From: Chlorokybus atmophyticus
Taxonomy: Eukaryota; Plantae; Mesostigma and Chlorokybus algae
Length of the DNA: 64,000 bases
Direction: 5' to 3'
Assembly: GCA_009103225.1 (NCBI GenBank)
Contig: RHPI01001715.1
Location: 386,999 to 450,998 of the forward strand
In this document: piece by piece, positions 25,103 to 38,492 of the stretch
Layout of the letters: each line of letters starts with the position of its first letter
Numbering within the stretch: position 1 is the stretch's first letter
Translations under genes and position numbers: made by a program
Notes under the pieces: model-generated
Told to the model about the DNA's origin: nothing
What the model saw: the letters and a program-made list of their open reading frames with translations, nothing else
The model's database searches: none

Positions 25103-26629
25103 TGGCTTCATACATATTGCGCTTGTACATCCCCTCTACTCTTCATTGCCGCTCAACGCAGCAGCTTTAGCGCAGCCTAGCATTACAACAGCCTATTTTG
25201 TACAGTGGTTGCAGTCTACGTCAGCTGGCAGAAATCAATAGCCTTGTGATGGACTATGTACAGTACAACTCCAGTTCTTCGGTCTCATATACAGCTCACA
25301 ATCACTGCGTGCCAGCTCTGCACGCGAAGGCCGTGTTAAATTCAAGCAAGCTGTGCACTACCGTGTCATTCATTGGGAATGTAATGGCATTATTTCGGCG
25401 GTCATCTTGTGCGTTTCTGAACCTGTTGTGTGAGGTGTGGTAGGTGAGCACGACGCGCTATGACCTCACCCGTGTACGCCGCTATTATTTGTCATACGCA
25501 CGCGCTCGTGTAAGCAGTGCCATACGCAATACAATCTTCGTGCAGCAGGCTGGAGGTGGGGGTGTGGCTGCATGCATTATGAATGTTGTGTAAACAACTT
25601 CTCCCTCATTTTCTCATGTTCCAATGCGCATGTGGGGTGACCGGCTACTGTTGTCGTTGCTCCTCACCCACGCCTACCTGCCTGATGTTGATGCTGCTGT
25701 TTCGCATTGCACATAACTAGCCTTCGCAACTATGTGCAATGCGATAGAGTCTCGCATGTGCAACTTGGATTGACCTTTGTGTAATTACCGTTTTTGCGTT
25801 TTATAAATGCAGTGCATATCCCATGCTTATGGCTATAAGGGGTATGCACAAGAAGCATATAACATGCTATCATACAATAGGTGCTTATAATACTTGGATA
25901 GGATACAACTGTTAGCTGTAGCAGAGCAGGCGCTAGGCAAGACACAGGCAAAATGTGCAGGCAGAAAAGGCTGCAATGCACGACTGGGGGGCGGGAGAGG
26001 TAGGGTGAGAGGTAGGAAGTAGGTAGCACGTAGGTGCGTGTTAGAGCTCGGTGGTTGCGTGTGTAGTTGTGAGGTGAGTGACTTGCACTCTTCTTATAAT
26101 GATAATTGAATGCCCCATGCATATAATGGCATACGCATATGCTTGTCACATTCATTGTGATACACATGTAAGTCGTATGTACATATGGATTCGTTTTGTA
26201 CATGTCACGCTCAAAGGGCTGGCGCAAGTCACTCTATATTCCTTACTTACGTGGTAAGTAAGAGGGACCGAGTGAGGATTCCGCATGCCATGGTGTGTAG
26301 CACTTGGCATGTGTGCTTATGCGGTCAATCCTTGTCTACTTAGTAGCTAGGGCTATGCTGCACAAGGCACTGTATACCAGCACGCACATGGCTGTTTGGC
26401 CATATACTCTGCATGAGTTATGGAGTGCTAGTGCGGTGCCACTGGGGCAGCATAGGTGCTGCAAGTGGCAAATCGCAGGTCAGTCATGTGATATGCTAGT
26501 ATGATGTGTTTGGACAAGCACGGGACGGGTTTTTGCATTTTGCAAATACTTGTTCTGTGTTTGAGAATTTGAAATTCGATAATCCCGAGGTTGATGTTAT
26601 GTGATGGGACAGGTCCTATGTGGACATTG

Positions 26630-26720
26630 TCAGCATGTGCTAGAAGGTCAGCACATGGTGACAAGGCCTTGGAAGTGCTGTGTGCCAGATCGGGAGAGCG
26701 GCAAGTGGTATAAAAGCTTA
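26630..26720 (+). repeat. Dispersed LTR-like repeat, related to 61545-61975
   Basis: GTCAGCATGTGCT..A.GGTCAGC.CAT and GTGTG.CAG.TCG..AGAGC.GC.AGT.GTATAAA.GC are shared between the two loci. The 61.5-kb copy is split by a (TA)n tract and a gap. Confidence 0.6.
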
Positions 26721-26822
26721 GTAGCAACCTTGAGTAGGGATCACAATGTGTTCACCACTCAAGGGCCACTTGTGTGTGGTGCCTGGTTGTAGCTGTTGAA
26801 GGGGCTCTCCCCCTCATCCCCA

Positions 26823-26854
<32 letters not shown>

Positions 26855-28430
26855 NNNNNNNNNNNNNNNNNNNNNNNNNNNNNNNNNNNNNNNNNNNNNN
26901 NNNNNNNGGGGGGGGGGGGGGGGGGGGGGGGAGCTGTTGGAGGGCTGGCGGTCATCCTCTCCTACCGGACATTGGTGCTGTGTCTCCCCTCCACGAGGTG
27001 CTGCACGAGAGTGTGTTGTGCATGAGTTCTTGTGCTGGTGCATAAGTTGGTGAGGCTCATTATCAAGTGAGTAGTATTGTTACAATACATGTACAAGACG
27101 GATGGCAATACCAGAAAATGATCATGACACGTTAAACACAAAGCACACATAGCCAACAAGCAGGCTAACACACGCTGTCAGTCGCTAAATGGTGGCACCG
27201 GGTGGGGCTATTACGCTATGCTAGGTGCACTAGCGTAAAGCCTAGAGAGCAAAGACCGAGGAAAGGGTGGAGGAGGGGGTCAAGGCAAGAGTAGAGGACG
27301 ACTGAATGGCAAAGTTTGCCACTACGCGTGGCGGCACATCGATCACTGAAGCCTTGATTGATAAATAGCATGCATAACTCGACCAAACAGGCCCGTGAGG
27401 TTTTACCCGTCGTCATGGCTGTAGTGCGCGACTTACACTTGTATTATTTGCAAGCACAACATAGCATCACACATGCAACCCTACCGTAATAGTAATAGCC
27501 GGCTCGTTTGAGTTTGAGACTCGTCATGCATGCGGGCAGGAAATCTGTTCCTCGCATAAAACTCATCCATAAACTCAAGTTTATTTACCTGTTTTCTGTA
27601 CCTTGTCTTCTTCTCACCTTTAGCCATCGCACAGTCATGTTGTACACATGCATGTATGATGTACCATATGTCATGCATTGCGTGTTCCAGAATTTGCCCC
27701 TTAGCTTCTGCATTAAGTGCTACAAAATATAACCATCTCTGCTCATAATTTTGTATCATGGATGGTAGCATACAGTCGCTTACACAATACCAAATGCTTA
27801 GCTCAGCAGACAACTGTAATACAGTCATACAGTCACAGCCATATCAGTCAACCTCAAGAACCCCAATCGACATGTAATTACTTTAAAAATGCCCTGATAG
27901 CGCAATTTACCTGCCAATGCCTGGTGGAACATGCTCCGTCAGTGCCTAGTCACAAAATGGTATTCGGTACTCATGATGTCTTGCAACTCTGTCGCGCACG
28001 CACCAACGGCTTGCTCAAGCAAGTACCACCCCTGCATGCACGCCGACGCCAGACTACCAGGTACGCTGTGTACTTTACCAACATCATCATGACATGCTAT
28101 GTCCAGATATAGCAAGAGAGAGCCGGAGTAGTAGGTTTTGCCGTCAAACGGCGGTGCCATTGCATTGATTGGTGCATTCTGCTGACAACCCTAAACTAAC
28201 TAAGTAAGTTTTCTTGCAAGTTGTTCGCAGCAGGCAAAAAACGCAGTGCCTGGCGGAAAATATGCTCATCTGAACGAAGCGGTACACTGTGTGACGAGAA
28301 CGCTGCGCGGTTGCTCTTCTCCGTGTCTCACCCACCCACACATGCACATACACAGACACATACACGCAGAGAGAAGAAACCCAGCGACAGAAGCACACGG
28401 CGTTGGGGAATGGGTGAAGGCAGGGGCGGC

Positions 28431-29287
28431 ATGATGTTGGGCGCAACATCCGCCAACACGTTGTTCCTGCTGTCGTTGCTGAGCGTAGCAGCCTCCATAG
28501 GTAAGTATTTCAGCGCTTCTGCATGTACGCATACTTGTGTTTGTTCTTTATTCGTTGAGGGAAGGAGTCCATTGTCAGCACACCAGTTTGATGCACACCG
28601 CACTACCAACTGCACATCGCCATGTGTGACATGCTTCCATTGGCTGATGGGCTTGTGTGAACAACATGTGGTGTGTGCAGTGACCGCCCAAGACAGCACG
28701 TGGGTGCAAGGGACAGGTAATTTGTCGTTACTGCTGCTGCAATTCAAGGACTTGTGAGGACTACATCTCTTTCTCCCAACCACTGACTGTGTGTTGTTCT
28801 GCAACGCCACATCTGGTTTTCAACACCACCTGGCCAACTGGCCACAGACTGGAAACGGTGTGATCACACGCTCAAGTGTGTGTGCGTGTGCGCGCGCACG
28901 CGCGAGCGTGTGTGCGCATGCATGCCCACACACTTTTATGTACAATCGTGCGCTAACCTTGTTTAATGCAGAGTGCGCCAAGAGCCTGCTGTTCCAGCAG
29001 TCCCGAGCCCAAGACTACTCAACGTACAAGCACACCACAATCCAGGCCATCCCCGCGCAAGATGCCGTGCAGGTGTGTTGCTTTTGCTGCTGCTGCTGCT
29101 GCTGCTGCTAATGTTGTTTCCACATGAACGCCGCACACATTACCACACTTCGCTTATCGTCACAGCGTGTGTTGATACCACATGTATCTGGGTCAGGGGC
29201 CTGGCGCTCCACGGCCCGTCACGCTCTACACCGCGTCTCCCAACAGCCTCCAGAAACGCATCTACCAAGTGACCGTCATCGGAGGTA

Positions 29288-29347
<60 letters not shown>

Positions 29348-31047
29348 GTTGATGCTGAATTGGGAATGGTCGCATTGCCATATGGTGACCCTTCAACTAG
29401 CCAAACAGCGACACAGTGTGCGTGCATGGGTGCCTGCGCGCGTGCGCGTGCGCGCGAGCATTTGCGCGCATGCGTCTGTTTGTTTGCATGTGCGTGTACG
29501 TGCACGTGCGTGGGCGCGTGTGTGCGTGTGTGCATGTACACACGCGTGTCTCTGTCCCCAGACGAGTTCTTCTGGTGCGAGAACACTGGCAACACGAGCG
29601 ACCGCTTCCAGGACGCGTGGCACTTCTATTCCGGAAGCGTCTCGGCCGGGGATGTCACTCCCACCACGGCCGGGCGCCTGTCCCCCGCTGTCTACTTCAC
29701 CTATTCACGATGGGACTACCCAGAGAGCGTGCTGTTTGCAGTCGACAACTCCGCTGAGAAAGAAGGTGAGTTAGGGAGCATTGTGTCTCTAGTTGCATGT
29801 ACACGCACACGTGTACTCGCGCGCACACGCACAGTTGTGTTTCTCACTTCCCCTGCCTGCAGGTGCCGTGGGCAAGCGCTACGTCATCACGACGGGCGAC
29901 CTTGACGGAATCAAAGTGGTGGCCAACTGGTTCCCTGACAAGGTGAAGCTGCTGGACAATAGCGGCGTCGTTAGGATCGACACAACAGGTGAGACAAGGG
30001 TTGACGTGTGCACGTGCTTGCACGCTTGAGACTTCTCTCTCGTTCAGCCATTACACACCGCACGGACGTGTGTGTCCCGTGCACACGCACACTCTACTCA
30101 CCTCATCCATGTTCGCAGTCACACCTGTCATGCTGTATTTTACGGATCGCACGCTGAACACGTCTTCGGGCGTGTACCACAAGTCCATCGAGCGTGCACC
30201 GTTGTACGGCAACAGGACGAGGTTGGGTGGTGTGCAGACGATCTACAAAGGCGTGGAGCACGGGTACGAGCCCATAGAGCAGATGCAGCTGGACACCGTC
30301 AACCGACGCCTTTTCGTCCTCCACATCAACTACAACAGGCAACGCTCACAACTCGCCGTACACGACATATCAGTCAACCCACCAACACTCGTCTTCAAGC
30401 GACCCATCAATCACGACTACGTCAAGTACTTCAAGATCGACGTGTACTCATGTGAGTATACGTGGTCGTGTCTCAGCTTGTGGGTCTTTGGCCTCTGCTG
30501 CAGAAAGACTGCATCATGTGTGCGTGGACATATGCGTCCATGCTGGCGCGAATGTGGTTGTTATGCGTGCTGCCAGTCACATACTTACACCCACTCCATT
30601 GTCACAACAGCACCCCCCGTGCTGTACGCGCTGGTCCTTGGGCAATCGCTCTACAAGGCCCATCTTGTCGCGCTTGACGGGTGAGTAAGTTGCTTTAATA
30701 CTTTGATGTTGCCTTGATACCGACACGTGTCTGAACCCACAGCACCGACATGGGGGCGAGCAATGATACTATTATCGTGGGACCCAAGCTGCAGATCGCG
30801 TACGCATCGCTTAACTACTTCAACGTGTACTCCAACTTCGACATTTACTACGGTACATACACACGCACGCACACACACACACAGAAGCTTGCACACGCAT
30901 GCACGCACGCACTTGTTGGTTTATGTGCATAGGTTGCCATGTGCACGCTTTGCAATAAGTTGTTGGTCACATAACCAGTCATCTGTTGTGTGCGATATTG
31001 CAGACCCTGAGTGCGTGGCGGCGTTGGCGCCGGCGACAAGTGAGTAA
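28431..31047 (+). CDS. Predicted secreted glycoprotein with a YWTD-like beta-propeller blade (about 10-12 exons)
   Basis: Hydrophobic signal-like start MMLGATSANTLFLLSLLSVAASI, a chain of GT-AG exons, LYFTDR and LDTVNRRLFV (YWTD/LDLR-B-like), and several N-x-S/T sequons (NTS, NTS, NRT, NDT). The 3' end is uncertain because GTGAGT at 31040 could be a donor site. Confidence 0.7.
29292..29345. repeat. (CT)n microsatellite in an intron
   Basis: Pure TC/CT run directly after an exon donor site. Confidence 0.95.
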
Positions 31048-34000
31048 TGTGGGTGCTAAGCTGAAGGTAGTTACAAAACAGTGATGAGTACACAACAGTT
31101 AACCAATACAACACAAATATCAGTTGAAGATGAAAGAGATGATAAAATGCCCACTGGTAGGGCAATTTTGTACCGGCCTTGGTCGATGGGATGTTTGATG
31201 TTGAGAGCCCGTTTTTTTTTTTCCAGCCCTTTTCCTTGCTGCATGCTTGCTTGCGTGCGCGCGTGTATTTTGATGTGTTGTAGTGTACGCATGTGCACAC
31301 GAGGGGCTGAAACATGGTCGGTGTAAGCATGCATTTGCGATTGCGTGCGTTGGTCATGCTCAATGCATGTTATTTTGCACGGGCATCCCCCAAGGACTGT
31401 TATCGTTGCAAACTAATTACTTGTCTTTCGTTGCATCTCACACATCGGGGGGTTGAGCGAGTTAGCAAGTGTGCGAGCTACAAATTGTAGTGTATCAACA
31501 GACATGTATCAACTGACATTGTGGCAAACCACGCCATAATGGCGACCTTATAAATATCAACTTAGGCACAGTCCCTCGTTATATAAATCACGTGTATCTT
31601 TCAGCTTTTTGTTCCACTAACGGGGTTATCCTCTTAGAGCTTATGAGAATAAATATTCTTTTCTTATTTACATAACATATATTTCACTAATAGGGGTATT
31701 GCGTAATAACCCTAAGCCACGTCATCATATGCTGACGTGGCAGAAATGAACCTAACAAATAGTCAACACCAAACATATTATGTGCAAAATCATAAATGAG
31801 TTATATAACATGTTTATGCTAATAACAATAGAATAAGCAGGCCGTTAACGGTACTCCCCCGTTACAAGACCAAGCCCACTGAAACTTTCAAGCCTTTGCT
31901 TTGGTCTTATTACGTACAAGACTATTCCACTAACCGATGACATTTGCCTGTAAAACCATCGGTCTTTTACATATCTATGATCTTAACGGGGTGATTCTCT
32001 TAAACCGAAGTCTTTTAATGTGGGTAGACTGTATATTGGTCTTAGTTATGGTGCGATTGTGCACTACTTAATGTAAGGTTTGAGTAGTGTAGCAAGTACC
32101 ATACATGTTACGTTTAGTGCAACAAGTATCATAACAAGTGGTCCATAGCTGATACATTGACATGTTTTAATTAAAGTCGCATGTCATTGCATGCCACAAT
32201 AAGCTTTCTATTTTTTGTTACGCCGCTACTCTACACGTGATGTTCGTCGCGCACGTGTGCATGCTACGATTGAAAGGAGGCCAAGGCATCACCTTATTCA
32301 TGTGCGAGGTTCAAAGGGTGGTGTGAAACGCTCTCTAGCTCACACGCGCATAGCAATGGCACCGCCTATGTAGATGCGGCCGTACGTTGCAAGCAAGCAA
32401 GCAACCATGCAGACAGGCGCAGCCGAGTTGAGCCAAGCTTGCTGCGCGGCAGCAGGATCCTTCACAACCACATGCCGTGCAAGCGGCTGTGCTGGTGGGG
32501 TCACGTGTGTGGTCCAAGGTCGAGGGTTATTATAGCAGCCACACGCAATGCTATGGAGGAGGTACTGCGTAAGTGCGCGCAATACCAACGACGGCGCCGT
32601 CGATGATAGCACGCGTCACCATTGACTCGACTGGGCACCTTGTCCACAAACTTATTAACCCCACCGTAGGGTTATTGATTACAATGGTGACCATAATATT
32701 AAGTATGAATCATTGTGGCAAGTCGATGTAAAAGCCAATTGCTTGCCGAACGGTACCAAACTCGGCAATATGCGCTCGCAACCATTGATTGAACCATCAT
32801 AGCCGCGGCTAGTCAGCGGAACATTGCCTTTCGCATTGTCATGCTAATGTAGTTCATGGTCAAGCCCGCGACGTTGATAGTTATAAATATGCGATTATTA
32901 AGTTTGTGGAGTAAGTGCCAAATTGATTCAATGAACGCGATTGCCGGCATTGTGCGCACTTACGTGCGGAGAATCTTTTGAATGACACTGCATGTTGCTG
33001 CCATAAACCTGGATTGGCTTGGCTTGGCCCACATCATAACAAGGCTTTATAATTTTTAGAGGAGACAATGTCTTTTACGCGTTTTCAATGTAGGTTTGAT
33101 ATGTCCACGACAAACAGAGTTTATATGGACTCCTATACCACTTTGTCATCGTTACAACCAAACGTGGGAAATTTGTCCAAGTATCGTTTCATAAGCACGA
33201 TATTTGGCCTACATGTGTCGCCGGCTGTGAGAGAGGGCGCCCTCTCTCCGACCCAATGTGTAAGGGCCTCATGATTATGCTTTGAAGCAGCAGCCTGGTC
33301 GCAGTGCAAAACCCCTGTGCCAGGCTCCGCTGCTGCCATGACGCCATCTTTTCATCCTCCTCATCTTGTCGCAGCCTCCGCTCTGTTTCGGCTGAGCTTG
33401 CATGCATGCATCAATGCCAAAAAACTTGATATGTATGATTGCCAACCACATGCAATGCACATGTTATGCGGCGCATAACATGCATGCATACATTGACACA
33501 AGTTAAATGTATCCGGCAGGTACTGGACCTACTATTATGGCAAAACTTATGAAGTTGATTATTCTTATCTGCGCGTTTCTTAGCTCAATTAAAAAAAAGG
33601 GGCTGCAGTGGATCGCCAACACATCCAACCGTGCTTATATCTCATGCTTAGATTAGCACGACCACCTGACTGACCATGACATTTGAACAGCTCGTGCTGG
33701 CCCCCCTGTAGAGGGGCGTCAGCACAAGCTTCATTAAAAGGGCTCCCGGCGCCGACGCCCTGAGGTGTGTTTTTTTTTGTTTCAACCTGTGACTCCAAGC
33801 AATGCCAGGTCTGAGCAAGCTGTCGCTGACTCCTTCAAGTGGAGCTGCTGTAATTGTCATTGCATAAAGCCACTATATCAAGCATGCCGTAAGCTTGACA
33901 TAGCAATCTATGCAACTGTTATCCTTTCGTTAAAGTTGATGTCCACGACATACAGACAGGGCAACCTTTGCAGCCTTTGCAGTAACATGGTTGTATATTG

Positions 34001-35287
34001 TGCAGCATTCTCGCTCACTATGCGCTTACTTGCGAGTCTCAAGCTTGCACTTGGTTGGTGTAGTGTTGTTGCAAACTTTGCGAGCTTGCAGGGGATAGCA
34101 GATGGACGGCCCACAGCCATATTTATGGCAACAAGAGTCTAAACGCTTCTATGCATACAATCACAGGTGAGCTCAGCAATGCCTCCTACGCTAGTTTTGT
34201 GGCAACAAGAGACTTAACGCTTATATGCATACATACCTGTGAACTCAGCAGTGCCGCTTTTACTTGCGTTGCTTGCTTATGTGCAATGTTTCTGCAGTTG
34301 CTGTACTCGCAGCGTTGCAATTGCACAGTTTGCTAGCGCATTGGCTGCATCTTGCAAGCACTGCAATTGCACCAGGTACATCACGATCTCTGCTTTCATG
34401 TGCTATATGGTGATATCCCTGTGAGTGTTGGTTGGACAGCTTCACCACATGGAGCAAGCGCCTAGTAGCATTGTCGTCATTATCTGCTGACAAACACATT
34501 GCTTTGTACACAGCTGCAGGATCAGGCCCGCTCCCGTCCACACATGCTATAAAAAAGCCAACAACTTGTCTACTGATCTGATCTGCTGGTCTACAACTAG
34601 CGTGGCTGGTCACTAAATTTAACTTGTTGACATGTGCTAATCTTATCCGCTTGGCTGGTCGATTGGTCTGTGCAGTTAATCGGCTGACTTGGTCGACTGA
34701 TCTGGTCAGATTGCTGTTCTGCACTAGTGTGCCCTGGTCCGGCGGGTCCGCAACTGTTCTGCTTTGATCTGTAAATGTAATGATGTGCAGCGAAGTGCAG
34801 AGCTGGAGCTGGCGCTACTGATTTGGCTAGCTAGAGTAATAGTTGTTGACAGGGCGCGCAGTTCACCATGTTGTTTTTCATGCATTGACCTTGTTGTCCC
34901 AGAAGGTGCAATACCCCTGTGGGAAACACCTTCAATACCTTATATACAGCGCGCCCGATGAAGGTGTTGAGGGTGTCATGTGTGGCCGCCATGCAGTAGA
35001 CAAAGTCTCCTGGCTAGAAGCGGTGTTCTTGCTCTTTGTAGAAACCGCTGCGCACACGCTCGTAGTAAAGCGTGTCGCGGTGCTAAGCAATGCGCCGGGT
35101 GCTGAAGGCCATGGGAACACTGTGTTCAAACAGCGCGCTGCGCATTGTTAGGTCATACAGCATCTAGTCGGGGTTGTCGAGATTGTCCCCCACTCTGTCG
35201 ACCTCCTGCTGTGCGCGGAAAGGGAGCAATGGCTGCCTTCCAAACAGCAAATAGTATGGGCTGTACTCCCGCAGTGCTGCCTGCTTA

Positions 35288-35359
35288 GACGGTGCACCCC
35301 GACAAGTGCACCTTCTGTACTTGTGGGTACAGAAGGTGCACTTGTCGGGGTGCACCGTC
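35288..35359. repeat. Perfect 33-bp inverted repeat at the RT/integrase deletion junction
   Basis: 35288-35320 is the exact reverse complement of 35327-35359, with a 6-nt spacer TTGTGG. Confidence 0.97.
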
Positions 35360-36239
35360 ATCCCTACTTCCTTCATGCTCTGTAGCATTTTCTCAATGTG
35401 TCTGAGATGCTCCTCATTGCTGCGACTGAAGATGAGGATGTTGTCGATGTAGCAGCGTGCGAAGTCCAATCCCTTGAGGGCTTTGTCCATGACGTGCTAG
35501 AAGATGGCAGGAGCATTCTTCAATCTGAGAGGCATGACCTTCCACTGGTACAGCTGCCGGTTGCCCCAGAAGAAGGTCTTGTGCTTGTCCTCCTCTTTAA
35601 TGGCAATCTGGTTGTACCCTTGGCGCATGTCTTGTATATAGGAGACTGTACAGTCTACTACATCATCAACGATACCTTTTGCAGTAGGCATTGAGTACCT
35701 GTCTTGCTTGGTTTTGTTGTTGAGGGGGCGATAATCACCGCACATACGCCGGTCTGTCCGGTTGCCTGCTGAATCCTTCTACAGGGGCATGACGGTCGCG
35801 GCCGCAAAGTCCAATGTGGATTGCTCAATCAGGCCTGCATCTAACAGAGCCTTGCACCTCTACTCCACCAAGTCTTACAACTTGGAGAGTCGGTATAAAC
35901 GTCGGAATACCGGGTCGGTGTCCACCGACCCGACGTCCATCTAATAAACTGAGCAGATGCCCAGTTTCTCATGCTCAAGCCAGAATGGCTCCTCCACCTG
36001 TTGAGGAGAGCCTCAAGTTGTTCTCGTGTTTGGCCGGTAGCCAGTGGTCCAATGGCACGGGACCAGGAGGTAGCGATTGGCAACCACTGCAATGTCCTCC
36101 ACAGTGATTGCTGCCTGCTCCTCCATGTGGGCGATCTCGAGGGCGGTGTGTGCTACTTTGACCTCTTGAACGCGATCAGCCCCCCCCCCCGCTAAGTGTT
36201 TGAGCTCTTGAAAGGACACATGGCGGTCCTGGAGAGCAA

Positions 36240-37190
36240 AGCACAACTCCAACAACTACACCATGCTGTTCTAATCCATGGCGCGCCCCAACAACTGACA
36301 CTGCTGACTGTCGGTCAGCATGGAATTTGTGATACTGCCTGGAGAGGATCCCATGGCGCGTTGCGTTCACGAGCGTTGGGTTCCTCCAATCGGCCTGTGT
36401 TGAAATCCAACACCATGCCGTCACTTTTGTTACGGAGGCATACGGTCCCGGATAAGACACTAGAGTGGGGAGCGCACGGCGTCGTTGACAATGCTGATTG
36501 CACTGGTCGAAGTGCTGATGATCGTGTCGCGTGACCAGTTGCTGTGCGCCCAAGGTCGAAGATAGCGGCGATGTCGCGTGGACGACCGTTGTGCAGATTT
36601 TCAGCAGTAAAGAGATCCTCGACTGTAGCCAGGTTCGTCCACTTGATGCGGACGCGATGAGCGCGGGATTCATGACGCGCTATGCTTTAAGGAGGATGCC
36701 TTAGCAAGGAACACACCTGTTGAAAGTTGTTGGCCACGATGATGACGCTTATCGTTCTCGGAGTGCACGTTCTCGATGATGTATCACAGAGGCCTCGAAA
36801 TCTAGTTGCTCTGCAGAAGGGTGATGACGCGCATCAGCTCCCAAAACAGTTGCGAGAAAGGATCAGAGAGTCCTTGGCCTCTGCCTGCTCTGGAGTGTTC
36901 TTGACACTCCCATTCTGCCATCAGCAGGTCAATGTTGCCCACCGCCAGAAGGTAATCCGCAGTGATTAAACGGATGTCCTGTGGTGCCTTCAGACTGTCT
37001 TGCAGTGCTAATAGTGGCAGCTGCTGCTGGTAGCATTTTTGTAGATGGCGCAAGTAGTGGCCCAGGGCGATCTGTGCATGTGGATCAAGGTCACAGTAGA
37101 GGTACTTGGTGACCGTAACGCCGGTGTTGAGGACAGCGGCGAGGCCACTACCTACATCTCCAAACAGTTTCAACACGGTGATGCCTTGTT
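36240..37190 (-). pseudogene. Retrotransposon-borne C5 cytosine DNA methyltransferase domain (DNMT3-like), disrupted
   Basis: Motifs in order: I ITVLKLFGDVGSGL (37140-37185); III PQDIRLI; IV DLLMAEWECQEHSRAG..G..D..SQLFWE (Cys at 36904-36906); VI YIIENV (36766-36774); VIII AHRVRIKWTNL (36648-36662); IX EEPNARE..AMG; X QLLGRAMD (36274-36294). Confidence 0.88.
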
Positions 37191-38492
37191 GTCGGCGAAA
37201 AACGTGGAACTTCACTACTCCGGTGGCCACCTGGTATTGCTCTTGGACTGCAGCTTGGTCTTTGTACAGAGGGAACTGTGCAGTGAGCTGTGATTGGTCA
37301 ATGTGTGCGACCACTTGTGCGCGCCAACGGCGTTCAGATGGTTTCTGTTGGGCCACTTCTTCAATGGCATCCTTTTGGGACTCATCATATGGGATAGGAG
37401 AGTCCTGGCCAGGGTTGTGGGTGACTACCGCTGCTGACCTGTCAGTGGTTATCAAAGCCGACCTGTAGGTGGCTGTTGCAACTGACCTTTGTTAAGAGCG
37501 AGTGCGAGACACCAGCTTGAGAGGCAGGTATCCTTGCACCCCTCCATCCTCCTCATCCAAATGGGGACGAAACCATGCCTTCTCTGTCCAGCAGTCCAAC
37601 CCCATGCCGACAGGAAACTTGAACTCCTGTCCCAGCAGCAGGTCGAAGAATCCCGCATCGGTGACCACACACTTTTGTATGACCTCGGTGTTGTGGGAAG
37701 GGTCCAACCCTGTCAAGCGCATGCAGAGGGCATGCTTGGTGATGCCAATCTTGTCACGGCTGCCGGTTGCTGTGTCGAGCACGTATGGGCAGGGCATCAG
37801 CTCAGCGCTGGTGATGCCGAGGTCGCGTGCGAGGTAACGTCCGATGATGATAAGCTGAGCTCCAGAGTCCAGCATCACGCGCTGGGTGCTCGACCATAAA
37901 TGGTAACATGCTTGCCTTTGTTGGCGATCACGGCTGCAATGATGCACAGACACTTGAACCGTCGATAGCGTGTGCGTGGGGTGACTGTTGCTGCAGTCCC
38001 CTTTAGTGGTGTCGAGCGCAGTGCGGCAAGCACCCCTCGACCGGCTGGGGCTTGAGAACCTCTTGCGGCCTGGCCCAAACCGTCCTTGTCTTGGCTGTTG
38101 GTATACCCGCTGCGGCCTGGGTGCCGGCGGTGCTGCATGTGGCTGCCCTGCTTGTGGCGCAGGGGGGTTGCGCCTCGGTGTGTCCAGGGTCATACCTAGT
38201 GGCATAGCCAATAGCTGTGGGAGAAACCCTGGAGGACCGAGTGTTTGTGGGCGCGCCTGTCATGCAGCCTGTTCTTCCTCATAAGTCCAGCGTACATCAT
38301 GAGCCGCCTCCCTGACCAGTGTACCTTCCCATGTGGCTGTTGGGTTGTTGACCACGTCACTCCTCAGCAATTCTGAGGCATGGGCTGGAGGTACACTGCG
38401 CGCAAGAGCCGCGCTCTTATGTCGTGGGTGATGGTGGGAACCCTTAGGATCCCTGCCATGTAGGCATCCCATTTGCCATTGACCACCCCCAC

